DNA from: Eukaryota sp. TZLM1-RC
Taxonomy: Eukaryota; Protista; Metamonada: BaSk clade
Direction: 5' to 3'
Assembly: GCA_040285825.1 (NCBI GenBank)
Contig: JAUPSS010000009.1
Span: forward strand, 868,001-932,000
DNA: 64,000 bases
Part shown: piece after piece, positions 47,048 through 59,270 of the stretch
Numbering within the stretch: the first letter of the stretch is position 1
Layout of the letters: every line of letters begins with the position of its first letter
Program-made: the position numbers and the translations under genes
The notes under the pieces: model-generated
Databases searched by the model: none
Told to the model about the DNA's origin: nothing
What the model saw: only the letters and a program-made list of their open reading frames with translations

Positions 47048-48994
47048 TTTTTTTTTAAAAAAATTTAATTTTATTCTAAACCTATAAATCAACATCTAAA
47101 AAATCCATCTCTCCTAAAACAAAAACACTAGATGCAACTCTCTCATAGTGAGATCCAAGAGAAAGCAAAGCATCAGAAACCATCTTCAACATCCCCTTAA
47201 AAATAGAAAACACAATTCTATTTTGCCAAAACAATCTGTTGAAATTTCTCCCAGTTCTTCTCTTTACAATCATTTCAAAATCATCCAAAAAACGTAAAGC
47301 AGTTGGTGAAAGTGAACCAAAAAGGGAAAATACAAATGGATACAAATTGTATTTTGCATGCTGTAGACTGGCCAATTGGGACAAAGGTTCATTGTATTTT
47401 TTGAATTTAAAATTTTCAGCATTTGAAAGAGGATTATGAATTTCAGAATTAACAAGCCTTTCATTTGAGGCATTACAAGGATCAACAGCCATTACATCCA
47501 ATAAAATGAAGCTTCCATCTAATCCAGGTAATATGACATCACCTCTATTATTCTTATGAAAATCATCTTCAGCATCAAACAGATTTGACAACAGAGGTTC
47601 CAAGAAGGATTCAATTCTATGAGATTTACACATACAATATAACTGGTCTCTTACAGCATCATGAACCTTGCTTCTAAAAGTAATAAAATGTTTACAATTT
47701 AACAAATGAGTAGTTGTAATTTCTAGGTAGAATGTATTTTTTGAATTAGCACACTTAATTAAATTAAATCATAACTAATGGGACGACTATCATTGAACCA
47801 AGATTTCCTCTACAAAATCTTGATTTGCTTGCTGTCTAGCTAAAGCTTCTCTAATTCGATTGAAAAACCGCGGTAATCTATTAATAATGGCAAATTGAAT
47901 CCGTGAACGCCATAAAAAAATATCAAATCTTTTCATTGTTTTTTCTTGCACCATTTTTTGGAAGTCATCCAAAAAAGTTTCTACTTCGACTGATAATCTA
48001 CCATTTATCGAAAATGGGAAAGCAATAAAAACCAGCTGTGTATTTCTATCGACATTTGCCTCTTCAATATCTTTATCATATTTTCTATGTTTCTCTTTTG
48101 CTTTAAAATCCAGAGCAGCCACCGGATTAAGTTTTCTTCTGTGAACCAAAGTATCATTTGCAACATTACATGAGACAAAGTCAACAATAGCTTCAGAATT
48201 ATCAATCCAATCACAGTATACATCACCTCTATCATCAGAACCAAAATTATTCAGAGAAAGTGTTTCCTTCAGCAGGGGCTCTTTGATACACGATATCCTT
48301 GCAGTTTGTGCATATTGAAAACAGTGTCTCTAACAGCATCATGTAATGAAGAACGATAAGTTATCAATTTAGAGCAATTCAGAGCATGGCGCAAAGTGAG
48401 TTGAGGTGAATTCGAACAAATACATTTTTCTTTTGATAATAATTGTAATTTCTCGAGAACATTTACAAATTAAATTATGAGGTAAATTATCAGGCCAGAT
48501 AAAGGAACGAAATCTCATATTCAGAGTCCAAGCAGAATCGGTTAAGAGAGTACCATAAACTTGTGGAATTGTTGTTACTAAGGCAGAAGAAGTACTGTCA
48601 CACATATCTTGTAAAAGATTTGCAAAAGCGGGATTCTTTTTCTTGGCCAAGCCAAGTCTAACATCAAAATCCAAGCTTTCAAAAATCTTTGACAATTTTT
48701 GTTGAAGCTTTTTACAGCAAAACTGTAAATTAAAAAGAGTTCGGTTTGGAATTTCTTGAATTGATTGAGGAAAACATTTGGTCCAAATTTGTGGCGGCAA
48801 TTTTTCAAGTTCACAAGATAACTCATACAAATAAGGACTGCAATTGGGAACTAACAGATGAGAATCATCAGGAAATCTACGAGAAAATTCATAAATAAAA
48901 TTTTTGCCACCACCCAAGAATGCTGATTGACACAAAATTGAAGATTTAGTAAATCCAATACCACCCAAATTTGCTGAAGAAAGTAAATGGCTTT
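47048..48994 (-). mobile_element. Second family A copy at the same position of the next repeat unit, 5'-truncated, with a nested family C fragment
   Basis: 3' junction gatcagtacaaactcatga|TTTTTTTT as at 44240; differs from copy 1 by several substitutions (AEDDFHKN vs AENDFHQN, MAVD vs MSVD). Confidence 0.9.
47725..48442 (-). mobile_element. 5'-truncated family C copy nested in family A
   Basis: 11-bp TSD TTGTAATTTCT at 47714-47724 and 48443-48453; near-identical to 40215-40920. Confidence 0.9.
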
Positions 48995-49014
48995 AGGAAC
49001 ATTTTTCGATAGTT

Positions 49015-49200
49015 TTTTGTTGTTTGCGGAACAAAAAAAATATTTTATTCAACAACAAATATGAAAACATAAAATGCACAATTAAAACTCCACATCCTCA
49101 AAACCTGCCTCCCCTACATCAAAACAACTAATTGCCAAAGATTCAGAAAATTTCCCAAAAGAAGACAGTGAATCAGAAATCAGTTTTACCATTCCCTTAA
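49015..49200 (-). mobile_element. Family E 3'-end fragment
   Basis: Reverse complement of 63195-63345 (...FDVGEAGFEDVEF, AATAAA). Confidence 0.75.
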
Positions 49201-49204
49201 TTTT

Positions 49205-50487
49205 TTTAACTGGAATATTTATCGAGGAAAATCAATCTATCTAGAATTCAATATTTCCAAACAAGCTTCACTATTACTAAACCTACTCACAGCATTACGT
49301 TCATATTCTACACCAATAGCTAAAAGTGCCTCTGAAATCATTGTTGGAATAGACTTGAAAATGCAAAAAACAATTCTATTTAACGAGAAAGTGGAATTCA
49401 TTGTTTTACCAGACCTTTTCAGAAACACTTTTTTGAAGTTTTCAAAAAAGTGCAACCCTTAAGGTCCAATATTGCCAAAAAGAGAAATTGCAAACGGCAC
49501 AAACTGATATTTCACATGTTCCACTCTACCTAACTGTGCCAAAGGTTCTTCATATTTTTTTATCTTCTTTTTTTCGGCATTAGATAACGGCGAATCAGCG
49601 GAATACACTAAACGAGCAGCAGAATTTTTGTAAACATTAACTGAGACAACATCCACAACATTGAGAACACCATCGATCCCGGGAGCTACTAAATCTGCCC
49701 TTCTTTTACCAAAGGAATCATCAGTTTGATCTGAAGACAGCTTACGTACTAATGGCTCAATAAATGCCTCTATATTGAAACTTTTGCACATGGCATATAA
49801 TTGATCACGAACTGAGTCATGAACAATTGAGCGATAAGTTATAAAATACTTACAGTTTAAAATATGGGAAAGCGTAACAACACTCTTGCAGCGACAAATT
49901 AAATCATTTGGTAAAGAACAAGGCCATAGAAAACATCTCAATCTCATTGCAGTGGTCCATTGGTGATCATTGAGTAGAAGGCCATAAATGTTGGGAATTT
50001 GGGAGATTAGGCAACTTGAGCAACTGTCTTCAAGATCAATCAAAAAGTTTGCAAAAACGGGATTTTTTTCTTTAGCCAAGCTAAGACGTACAATATAATC
50101 CAAGTTTTCTAAAACTTTTAAAATTTTTTTTCTGCAATTTTGCAAAAGTCAGTGGTAGGGAGGGCAAGCTTCTTGGAGGAAGTTCCACAATATCATAGGG
50201 GAAACATTTAGACCAAATATTGGGTGAAAGAGTTTCAATTTCTTGTTGCAAAGAAATAAGATAAGAGCTGCCACAATTTTCAATGAGATCAATTTTTTCT
50301 GGAAAACGATTCACAAATTCATAAATAAAATTTTTACAACCTCCAATAAAGGCAGCTTTACAAAGGTAGCTTGATTTATGAAAATCAACACCACCAAAAT
50401 TTGTACCACAAAAAGTGTGGTTTCGTAACTGAGATGCATCAATTTCCAATAATTTTGCTAAAAAATTGAAATTTATTTTCAACGCTA
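49205..50487 (-). mobile_element. Family F CRE-like retrotransposon, 3' part
   Basis: ICRCK..SHILNC, HDSVRDQ, IEPL, KRRADLVAPGIDGVLNVVDV, KIKKY, FVPFAISLFG; sequence distinct from families A-C. Confidence 0.85.
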
Positions 50488-50494
50488 ACAAAAC

Positions 50495-50665
50495 ATTATA
50501 AAAAACTAGAACTCAATATCCTCAATAAACGCATCAACATCATCAAATCTTTTAAGCGCGCGATTTTCATACACTATTCCTAATTGTAACAGTGCTTTGG
50601 TCAACATTTCTGGAATTGCTTTAAGAATACTAAAAACAATTCTATTGTGCCGAAATTTTTTTTCT
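50495..50665 (-). mobile_element. 3'-end fragment of a further CRE-like family (G)
   Basis: HNRIVFSILKAIPEMLTKALLQLGIVYENRALKRFDDVDAFIEDIEF*, homologous to the C-termini of families A, B and F. Confidence 0.7.
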
Positions 50666-50669
50666 TCCC

Positions 50670-51085
50670 CCCAGCATCGAACTTCCATCCTCTCCATCAT
50701 GATTGTTGAAAACCTCCCTTTTCATGGTCCAGGCCCTCCTATTGTTTTCTTAACCATTATTGAATACTGCTCTACGTTGTATCCCTCTTCTTTTTTGACT
50801 CTACTGAATGTTTTTCCACTGATAACATCATTGAAAATTCTTCCAACGAACATCTCATTAACTCGGATGTAAATAATCCTCTTCTTGCAGGCGAAAAATA
50901 TAAAATTGCTAAATATGCGAAACCCATTTCCTCGGTTAATGAAAATTCTCATGCCCAATATAATTTATGTCCATTTGTTTTTTCTTTGCTTGGATCTCTA
51001 GGTAAGGCTGCTATGGCTTTCCTTGAGGATTTTGTTGTTGTTGTAAAGGAAAGAACTGGAAGAATTTTCAATCGTGTTTACTTTT
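50670..51085 (+). mobile_element. Family E endonuclease-region fragment
   Basis: KIAKYAKP..YNLCPFVFSLLGSLGKAAMAFLEDFVVVVKERTGRIFNRV; similar to 34130-34380. Confidence 0.65.
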
Positions 51086-51297
51086 TAATTTAATTTTAAT
51101 TTATTTTCAAAACCACAGTCTAAAAGTCAATATCTTCAAAACAAGCTTCCACACAATCAAACCTTACAGCAGCAATGTTTTCATAATGTACACTGACAGA
51201 CATTAAAGCTTTCGAAATCATTTTAGGAATTGATTTGAAAATAGTAAAAACAATACGATTTAGCCACAAGCGACGATCAAAACGCTTATTCATTCTT
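51085..51297 (-). mobile_element. Family B 3'-end fragment
   Basis: RMNKRFDRRLWLNRIVFTIFKSIPKMISKALMSVSVHYEN...EDIDF*. Confidence 0.8.
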
Positions 51298-51867
51298 TTT
51301 TTTTAATAATTTTAATTTTATTCTAAACCTATAAATCAACATCTAAAAAATCCATCTCTCCCAAAACAAAAACACTAGATGCAACTCTCTCATAGTGAGA
51401 TCCAAGAGAAAGCAAAGCAACGGAAACCATCTTCAACATCCCCTTAAAAATAGAAAACACAATTCTATTTTGCCAAAACAATCTGTTGAAATTTCTGCTA
51501 GTTCTTCTCTTTACAATCATTTCAAAATCATCCAAAAAACGTAAAGCAGTTGGTGCAAGTGAACCAAAAAGGGAAAATACAAATGGATACAAATTGTATT
51601 TTGCATGCTGTAGACTGGCCAATTTGGACAAAGGTTCATTGTATTTTTTGAATTTAAAATTTTCAGCATTTGAAAGGGGATTATGAATTTCAGAATTAAC
51701 AAGCCTTTCATTTGAGGCATTACAAGGATCAACAGACATTACATCCAATAAAATGAAGCTTCCATCTAATCCAGGTAATATGACATCACCTCTATTATTC
51801 TTATGAAAATCATTTTCAGCATCAAACAGATTTGACAACAAAGGTTCCAAGAAGGATTCAATTCTAT

Positions 51868-52021
51868 TGATGGTCTTGGCTGTTGGTTATTGTCTGACAT
51901 ACAATGTAGAGTAACAGAAGTGTAATTTATTACGAAGAGGAATTGTATTCTCTCTTCTTAAGCTAACAGGCAGAATACTAATAACTAAACTATTAACTAT
52001 AAATACTATTCAAGACTAACA
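51868..52021 (-). repeat. 3' LTR (154 bp)
   Basis: Identical to 59117-59270; termini TGTTAGTCTTG...CAAGACCATCA form an imperfect inverted repeat. Confidence 0.95.
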
Positions 52022-55000
52022 CTGCCTTTTCCTCTCTTTCGAGCGACGAGCCCTGGAAGCTCTAGTCACAGGAGGTGAACTAATGGAATTATTACGCTTC
52101 TTGGGAGGAGCGGATTTAGTACGGTGACGTGCTTTTGAAGTCTTGATAAAGTCTTTATACGCGGCAGTATTTTGGACTGTAGACACATGCTCAGTGGTGA
52201 TCTCTTTTCCAGGCCATTGCACTTGGTAAAAGTCACCGTCCTGACTGAGCACTTTTTCAATGATGTGTTCTTCGACATCACCTGAGCGACCCAGGAGTGG
52301 AACTCATCGTTGGTGGGCAAGCTGGAGTGCCAGGGTGCTAAATGTTTGACGCTAGCTTGGACAATCGTACCTGTGCAGAGATTCTTAATATTCACAGACG
52401 AATTGGATACGATTTCAGTAATTAGGAAGGGTCCTGAATATTCTCCATGAAGCTTAGCGGAAGAGCCAGATGCTCTCAATACCAATTGACCAACTTCAAA
52501 AGGGTTTGGAGTTGACGATCTAGTTAGCTTGGAAGCTTTGGAAGCTTGATGGTGTGCTGCCTTTTCCTGTTTCTCTTTCAATCTTCGAAATTTAGATTGA
52601 ATTTCTTGAATAAAAGATGACTCAGACGTCGAGCTTTCAATGATTTCAAGAATTTTGCCAGGGTCTGATCTGGGAGACACATCTGAGCCAAAGATCACTT
52701 GGTATGGGGTTTGGTTGGTAATTGTGCTCTTGGAAGAGTTGATCAATAATTGCACATAAGGCAAGTATTCAGACCACACATCGTAGGCGTTGAAGTCTAC
52801 CAGCAATTTCCTCAGGTTTTGCAGGATGTCTCTGTGTCGGCGCTCTACCAAGCCGTTGGACTGAGAAAACCTAGGAATTGACTTTGACACCTCTATGCCC
52901 AAAAATTTACTTAATTCGTCAAAGACAGCCTTGGAAAATTCAGGTCCATTATCGCTGTGTATTTGAAATGGAATACCAAAGGTGGCACAGACTTTCCAAA
53001 TTAATGCATCTGCAGTAAGATTAGCATTTATCTCTTTTAAGGGCACGATGATTGTGAACCTAGAGAAGCTGTCAATAAATACGAGGATGTATTTGTAGCC
53101 TTCTTGATCTTCTGGTAGAGAACCAATAACGTCGGCGTTGACGCGAGCAAAAGGTCTGTCAGCCCACAATGAACCGGTTGGGGGAACATGCAGTTTGGGA
53201 ACTGGCTTTGTTTTCTGACAGGAGGGGCATTCTTGGACGTGCATATTCATGTCGGTGAGCATGTTTGGCCACCAATAATCGCTGTTCCTGAGCTTGTTCA
53301 GGCTTTCAGCTTTGCTTGGATGGCCTCCTTGCAGAAGTCCATGCAACAAGTTAAGGGTGTCCTTAATGAGTGATTTGGGAATCACTATCTTGTTGTCGTG
53401 CATCATAAATAAATCAAGGTTATTGTTATGACCACAGTTGTTGAAAGAGGGGTCTTTGGAAGCTATGGCAAGCTTCTGTTCGGACCTAATCCTACAGAGC
53501 CATGGCTCGAAAATAGGCAGGTCGTTGGAACATCGTTCTCTGATGACCATGATACGTTCGAAGTTGTTTAAGTCTTCGATGTAGTATCTTTCATTTTCTG
53601 TTCCATCAATTTTATCGATGTAAAATATTGGATGAAAATTTGGAGATATTTGATGGGACAAATGATTGATCTCTTGATGGTCTATAGGCGGAACTATTCG
53701 AGACAACATATCAGCCCAGAAGTTATCTTCCCCTTTGGTATGTACCAAATCAAAGCAGAATTCAGAGAATATGGGTAACCATCTTGTTACAATTCTGTTC
53801 TTCTCAGGAGCCGTGAACATGTAGGTAAGGTTTTGATGGTCTGTGAATATAACCAGTTTCCTTCCTTTCAAGTAGTTTTCAAAACCACTTTGAGTTAACA
53901 TGAGCAGGATGGCATAGAGTTCCATTTGGTTTGTCGGCCAGTTCTTTTGCGAGTTGGTTAACAACCGGCTGAAGAAGCTGATAGGCCTACATTTCCTGTT
54001 GATCAGGGGGGTACCGGGGTCGTCGACTTGTTCCATTTGTTCCCATATGACGCCGTCTACAGCAATGTCGGATGCATCGCAACTAATTAAAATTTGGTTT
54101 TCCAGCGGAGGTAAGCTGAGCGGCATGTGCTTCGCTATCAGTTGTTTGAACTTTTGAAGGAGTCCGTCGTGCATGTCGGTCCATTGAAGGCGTTGCGCGC
54201 GGGGTTTGGGTTTAACGTTGGAGTTATTTCCATCCTTCTTAGTCAATCTGATGATAGGAGCGATGAGCTCTGATACCTGAAAAAGCCATTCTCTAATGAA
54301 GTTGACTGATCCTACGAGGCTGCGGACGTCTTTGATTGTCTTTGGTCTAGGTAGATTCAGCAAAGATTCAACGCGAGTGGGATCGATAGTCCGTTGTTTG
54401 TTTTGGAAAACACTGCCCAGTATCTTGATTGGGTGTCTGGAAGACACGAAATGGCACTTTGGAAGTCCCAAGGAAACTCTTTTGCATCTGGCTTGATCAA
54501 GGACGCGACGGAGGCGTTCAATGAATTCGTCAAAGGTTGAACCCATGATTATGATGTCATCTATGTAAATGAAGACACCGTCTCCAGAGAAGATGTCAGC
54601 CATGACGTTTTGGAAAACGGCTGGGACATTCTTTAGGCCAAAAGCTGCACGTTTGAACATGATGCTTTTTGCCAGGAATGCTCAGGGCTGTTTTTCTGCC
54701 AATCCTTTTCAGCAATCTTGAGTTGCCAAAAGGCTTTGGGAAGGTCAAGGGTGCCTATGTAGTTCGCTTGGGAGAGAAATACCAGCACATGGGAGATCCT
54801 TGGAAGGTTGGGCTCAACAGGAATGGTGTTGGCGTTGACTCCGTCCTTGCCACTATAATCACCAGTAAGGCGGGGCTTACGGTGATCTGGGTAGACCACT
54901 AGACAGACAGGGGAGCTGAACTCATGGTTCGATGGGACAGCGAATCCTGAGTCTACGAGTTCGTCGAAAATTTGGTTAGCGACCTCTAGCCTGGCTGGAT

Positions 55001-55733
55001 TCAGGGTCCTGGGGGGTCTTCTAACTCTGACGTCTTCATTGTAGAAGTTGATTTCCATGGGAGGGCAATCAATACCTTCAGCATGAGGCTTGAGGGTAAA
55101 AACGTCTTCGAACTCTTTCAAAGTTTGAAGTAGGGACTTCTTGAAATGGTCGTTGTCGAGGTTGATGGTACAACCAGATGAGTTGATGTGTTCCAACCAA
55201 CGTGTGGAAACGTTGACGACTTCTGAAGCTTGCGATATTCGATGGTCGAATTCGGCTTCAGGTAATAGTAGTGTACGACAGGCGTCGTCCATTCTAATGT
55301 AAATGCCCTTGTTGTTCATCAGCCCAAGGTGACTCAACAAGTCAGCACCAATGAGAATGGTCTCATGTCCAGGAACGATGCTGAACATGTGTTTCACGTG
55401 TACAATCTGGGTAACACTACCTAGTCTAATGCTAAGGGTTCCAGAAGCAGTTCCAAGGGACTGTGAGGTAGTTCCATCAGCAATCTTGTATGATATGGTT
55501 TCGTTGGAACGCCCCATGTTACAGTTACTGATGACGTCTTCCGTGACTACTGAGCATGTTGCACCAGAGTCAATTATGCCTTTAACTTCGACATTGTTGA
55601 TCAAGAAGTTTAATTGTAGGCAGTTGTGATTCATGGATTGTACCATAAAAATTGTATCACAATCATGTCCATTTAAGTCGGCTTGTTCTGAGAAGAAGTT
55701 AGCCTGACTGTTGGGTATTTTGGTAGTTTCCAA
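52016..55733 (-). CDS. Gypsy pol (protease, RT, RNase H, integrase, chromodomain-like tail), frameshifted in this assembly
   Basis: IIDSGAT; LDLPKAFWQ, FGLKNVP, YIDD; CDASD, ELYAI, TDHQNL, ADMLSR; HHCC, SDNG, VERRH, GPF; after a frameshift EEHIIEKVLSQDGDFYQVQWPG. Confidence 0.92.
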
Positions 55734-55919
55734 GTTGGCAAGTGGATTGATTAGAGAATCTTTCCATGCTGAACTTTCTGTGTGTGGTTGTGTTGTTGTA
55801 GGGGGTATGGTTTCTAAAGTACATAAATAGTGACGGGAACGTTTATTGTAAGAAGAGCCTCTGCCTCTGCCGCGAGTACCTCTTCGACTACGGAAACCAG
55901 AACCTCTAGAACTTCTACC

Positions 55920-58900
55920 TCAAGCTTGTTGTTGAGCTTGTTGCTCTCTCCATTTCTTGCTCCTTTGGCAGTCTTCACTGGGACACCTTTCGGTCGGATG
56001 GCCCTTTTGCTTACAGAAGTTGCATTGGACATCAGCGGCCTGGGCAGACGATTGTGGTAGGCTTCCTCCTCTCTTACTTTGTTTGGGGCGTTTACCTGGA
56101 CCAGAACCTCGTGATCTGGGGATGTCAGGTGGGGAGGGAACGACCATGGGAGGTCGGCGAGAGGCCTGCTGGTGATTTACTTGGTTCTGATAGGTGAAAT
56201 CGACATGGTTTAGCTGTTCCATGAACGATCTGGCGTTACAAAAATTCTAGTATTCAATTTGGAGAACACTAAAGAATTCACCAAGGGTGTGACCATCAGA
56301 TGAGTAATGAGAGGGAGAGGACCAGATCCTGAGGAGTCTGTTCCTGATAGGGATAATTCCTACGCTTTCTAGGACATGAGTAGCGACTACCCAGTCTGAA
56401 AGTCTATCCGCTGGAGGGTGGAGCTTATGGAGAATGTTCTCAATTGATGAGAGATGCCCCTAAACTCTTGGATGGCAGTGAAGCGAGTCAGAACTCTGCC
56501 AATGTTGACCATGAAGTCAATCCATCTATTGCCATAATCTCTTTCCGACCAGTCCATGTTAGTTGCGAGGAGAGCTCGATTAGCCTCATCCAGTCTGCTG
56601 AATTGGGTTCTTCTCAGAATTTGAGCCCAAATTATGCGTTCGTCTCTTGAGGTAGGAACCGTGGGAGAAGACATAGCTAGGTGAGCACCTTGATATCTTA
56701 ACGCATTTAGCACCTCAGGGGTGACACATTCAGCGAGGCCTCGGGGGTTGATCCTCATGGCTTGACGGAACAAGTCCCATTCGTGAACTGGTTCTCCAGT
56801 GATGTTACCAAAATACTCATTTGTCGATGGTTGGGAACCTTCTCTAGCTAGTTCTAATTCTTCACGTAGTCTGGCAACTTCGTTGGCTAGAGCTATCTGG
56901 GCTGGATCCTCAACGTTGCCTCTTGTTTCTCTTAGGACTCGGTCGGTACGACTCCAGAGAATGAATTTGTTGACAAACTTCAGAAGTTTATCAGCGTCTC
57001 TCAAATCGGAAGCTTCAAGATATGGACGTTTAAGGCGGTCCCTACGTCTGTCATCTCGATCTCTTGATCCAATCATTGAAGAAAGGAGAAGGCTACTTTC
57101 GTATGTGCCCGAGAAGGGTGATTGATGAGAGGAAATAGAGGTTGTTGAACCTGTCGTGGAAGGTGTAGGTTGGGGTTGAGGGGCTCGACTAACGGGAGTG
57201 ATGGGAGCAGGTACTGCATCAGAAGATGTGATGGGAGTGGGTGATTCACTGCTCACAGTGATGGCGTCGTCGTCGGCTTGTTCCATAGCAGATTGGTTGG
57301 GATTAGGGGTTTCCGTGGTAGAAAATGAATCAGTTTCCATAGGAGGTTGTGATGATTCAGAAGCTTGAGCGGAGGAAGATGGAGCTTCACTCCGTTGAGG
57401 TTGGGGTTGGGCAGAAGGTTCTGTCTCTTCAATCTGGGCTGGGACCTGATAAGAAGAGATCGCTGGTTGGACCAAGCGTGTCTTTTCAATTCGACCTTCA
57501 ACCATGACCCATTTTAACATCCTGGATTCTATGCATCCAGGGAAAACCGTGACGAGCTGGAGAGTTCTTTGAAGATTGCCCGATCTTCTGTGGTCAGGAC
57601 CACAATATGAAGCTATATGGTCAGGACGTCTGTCGTAAAGGAAGAGTCTTTCACCATATGTGGTTTCGGTAAACCACCACCCTGTTCTATAATCTCTGTC
57701 GATGAGGATATCGAGAGATGCGTTGTACCCAGGGCTGAACCTAGGGTATGGGCAAGGGTTGTGAACATTTATGAAGAGGTTGTCTTCTTCTCCAGCGAAG
57801 CGTCTGAATACTCCTTCTCGAGTAGTTCTCATGAACCTAACTCCGGGTCTTGGTTCATAAGTTGGTTCAGGGTCATTCCTGGAGGTTTCTGGGGTGATCC
57901 TTTCATCGGAAAGAAATGGACCAATTCTGGGAGAGATCCATAATCCTAAGTCGTTCTCGACTTTGGGACCGTAGAAAGGAGGCCGTTTATTGCTCATTTC
58001 CGTGGGAGGGATGGCTTCTGGATCCCCTGGAATGACTCGTGTGTCCCTATATCTAGCGTAAGGGTTGTGCTGACGGGAAGCACCATGATAAACACTTGAG
58101 CTAGCGTAGGAGCTAGTTTGAGAAGGGGTAAGTTGAGCAGGTGTAGAGGATGTTCCTCTTCTAGCTTCAATCTCTCTGTCCAATCTTTTTCTGTGTTCCC
58201 AGTTTCGTTCTTCTTGGAGAAAACGCTCTATATATTCTTTAGAGACCTCACCAGGAATTTTGTCAATTTCAGAAGAAGGTGCCGTGGGAGGGACCTGATG
58301 TTGAGGTAGAGGGGAGAATTCCTTGGGAGGTTCCTCGTACTCAACCAAATCTGAAAAGATTTGTTCGTACCTTTTCCTTTGCTCTTCGGAAAGATACGAA
58401 GGAAGGTTAGAAAGGCTAGGAATGGGATCACTAGCCTGGTGAGGGGAAACAGATAGATTATTAACTCCACTAACTGTTGAAGTCAGAGGAGACCCTGAAG
58501 CTGGAACAGCAGGATTTTGAATGTTCCTCCTAACAGTTGGAACTGGAGGGAGGAGCTGTTGAGAATGAGAGGGTGGAACCTCAGAACTAGATGGAAGGGA
58601 TGAAAATGGTACTTAAATGGCCTTCTTAGAGGAGGAAGAAGGTTGGTCTTCCAATCCTTCCTTTGCGGTGAGAAAAGGTTGAACAGTCTCTCTGCTCTGA
58701 GTAGAAGGTGAAGGTGGTACTTCAGAGCTTCTTTCAGGGAGGGGAGAAGATGGGACTTCAGATGCCCTCAATTGCGAAGGAGGAAGAGGAGCAACGAAAT
58801 CCTCTACATCCTCGTCGTCGTAGAAGACCAACGAAGGACTTATTCCTTCCGAAGGAACAGAATCCTTGGGAGGGTTGTCTCCTTCCACAGGAACGGATTC

Positions 58901-59149
58901 CCGAGGAGGGGAACTTCCTTCCATGGGAACGGAATCCTCTGGAAGGGAACTGTCTTCCTTTGGGATGGAACCCTCAGGGAGAGTTGCTTCAGGAAGCGCA
59001 GAAGCTTCAACCGAAGAAGGAGGCACGGAAGCTGGGTCTGTGGTTAGTGGTGAGGAAGAGGGACCAGTCTCTTCCTCGTGGATCCTACGTCGAGCCTCAG
59101 GGGACCCAATACGTATTGATGGTCTTGGCTGTTGGTTATTGTCTGACAT
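55920..59149 (-). CDS. Gypsy gag-like region (long, Pro/Ser/Glu-rich), in several frames in this assembly
   Basis: ORFs 58613-59149, 56387-58348 and 55920-56222 are colinear; C-terminal zinc knuckle CNFCKQKGHPTERC; the first ATG lies within the 5' LTR. Confidence 0.75.
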
Positions 59150-59270
59150 ACAATGTAGAGTAACAGAAGTGTAATTTATTACGAAGAGGAATTGTATTCT
59201 CTCTTCTTAAGCTAACAGGCAGAATACTAATAACTAAACTATTAACTATAAATACTATTCAAGACTAACA
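59117..59270 (-). repeat. 5' LTR (154 bp)
   Basis: Identical to 51868-52021. Confidence 0.95.

Larger units (their letters stand above)
51868..59270 (-). mobile_element. Ty3/Gypsy LTR retrotransposon, 7403 bp, very recent insertion
   Basis: Two identical 154-bp LTRs (TG...CA); 4-bp TSD CTAT at 51864-51867 and 59271-59274 (empty site attctatgag in other family A copies); domain order PR-RT-RH-IN; polypurine tract GAAAGAGAGGAAAAGG next to the 3' LTR. Confidence 0.96.

Noticed and set aside
59090-59109. TCGAGCCTCAGGGGACCCA as a tRNA-3'-end-like PBS
   Set aside because: Spacing from the T-loop-like motif to CCA does not fit a tRNA 3' end, and it is offset 8 nt from the LTR; it cannot be confirmed without the host tRNA set.
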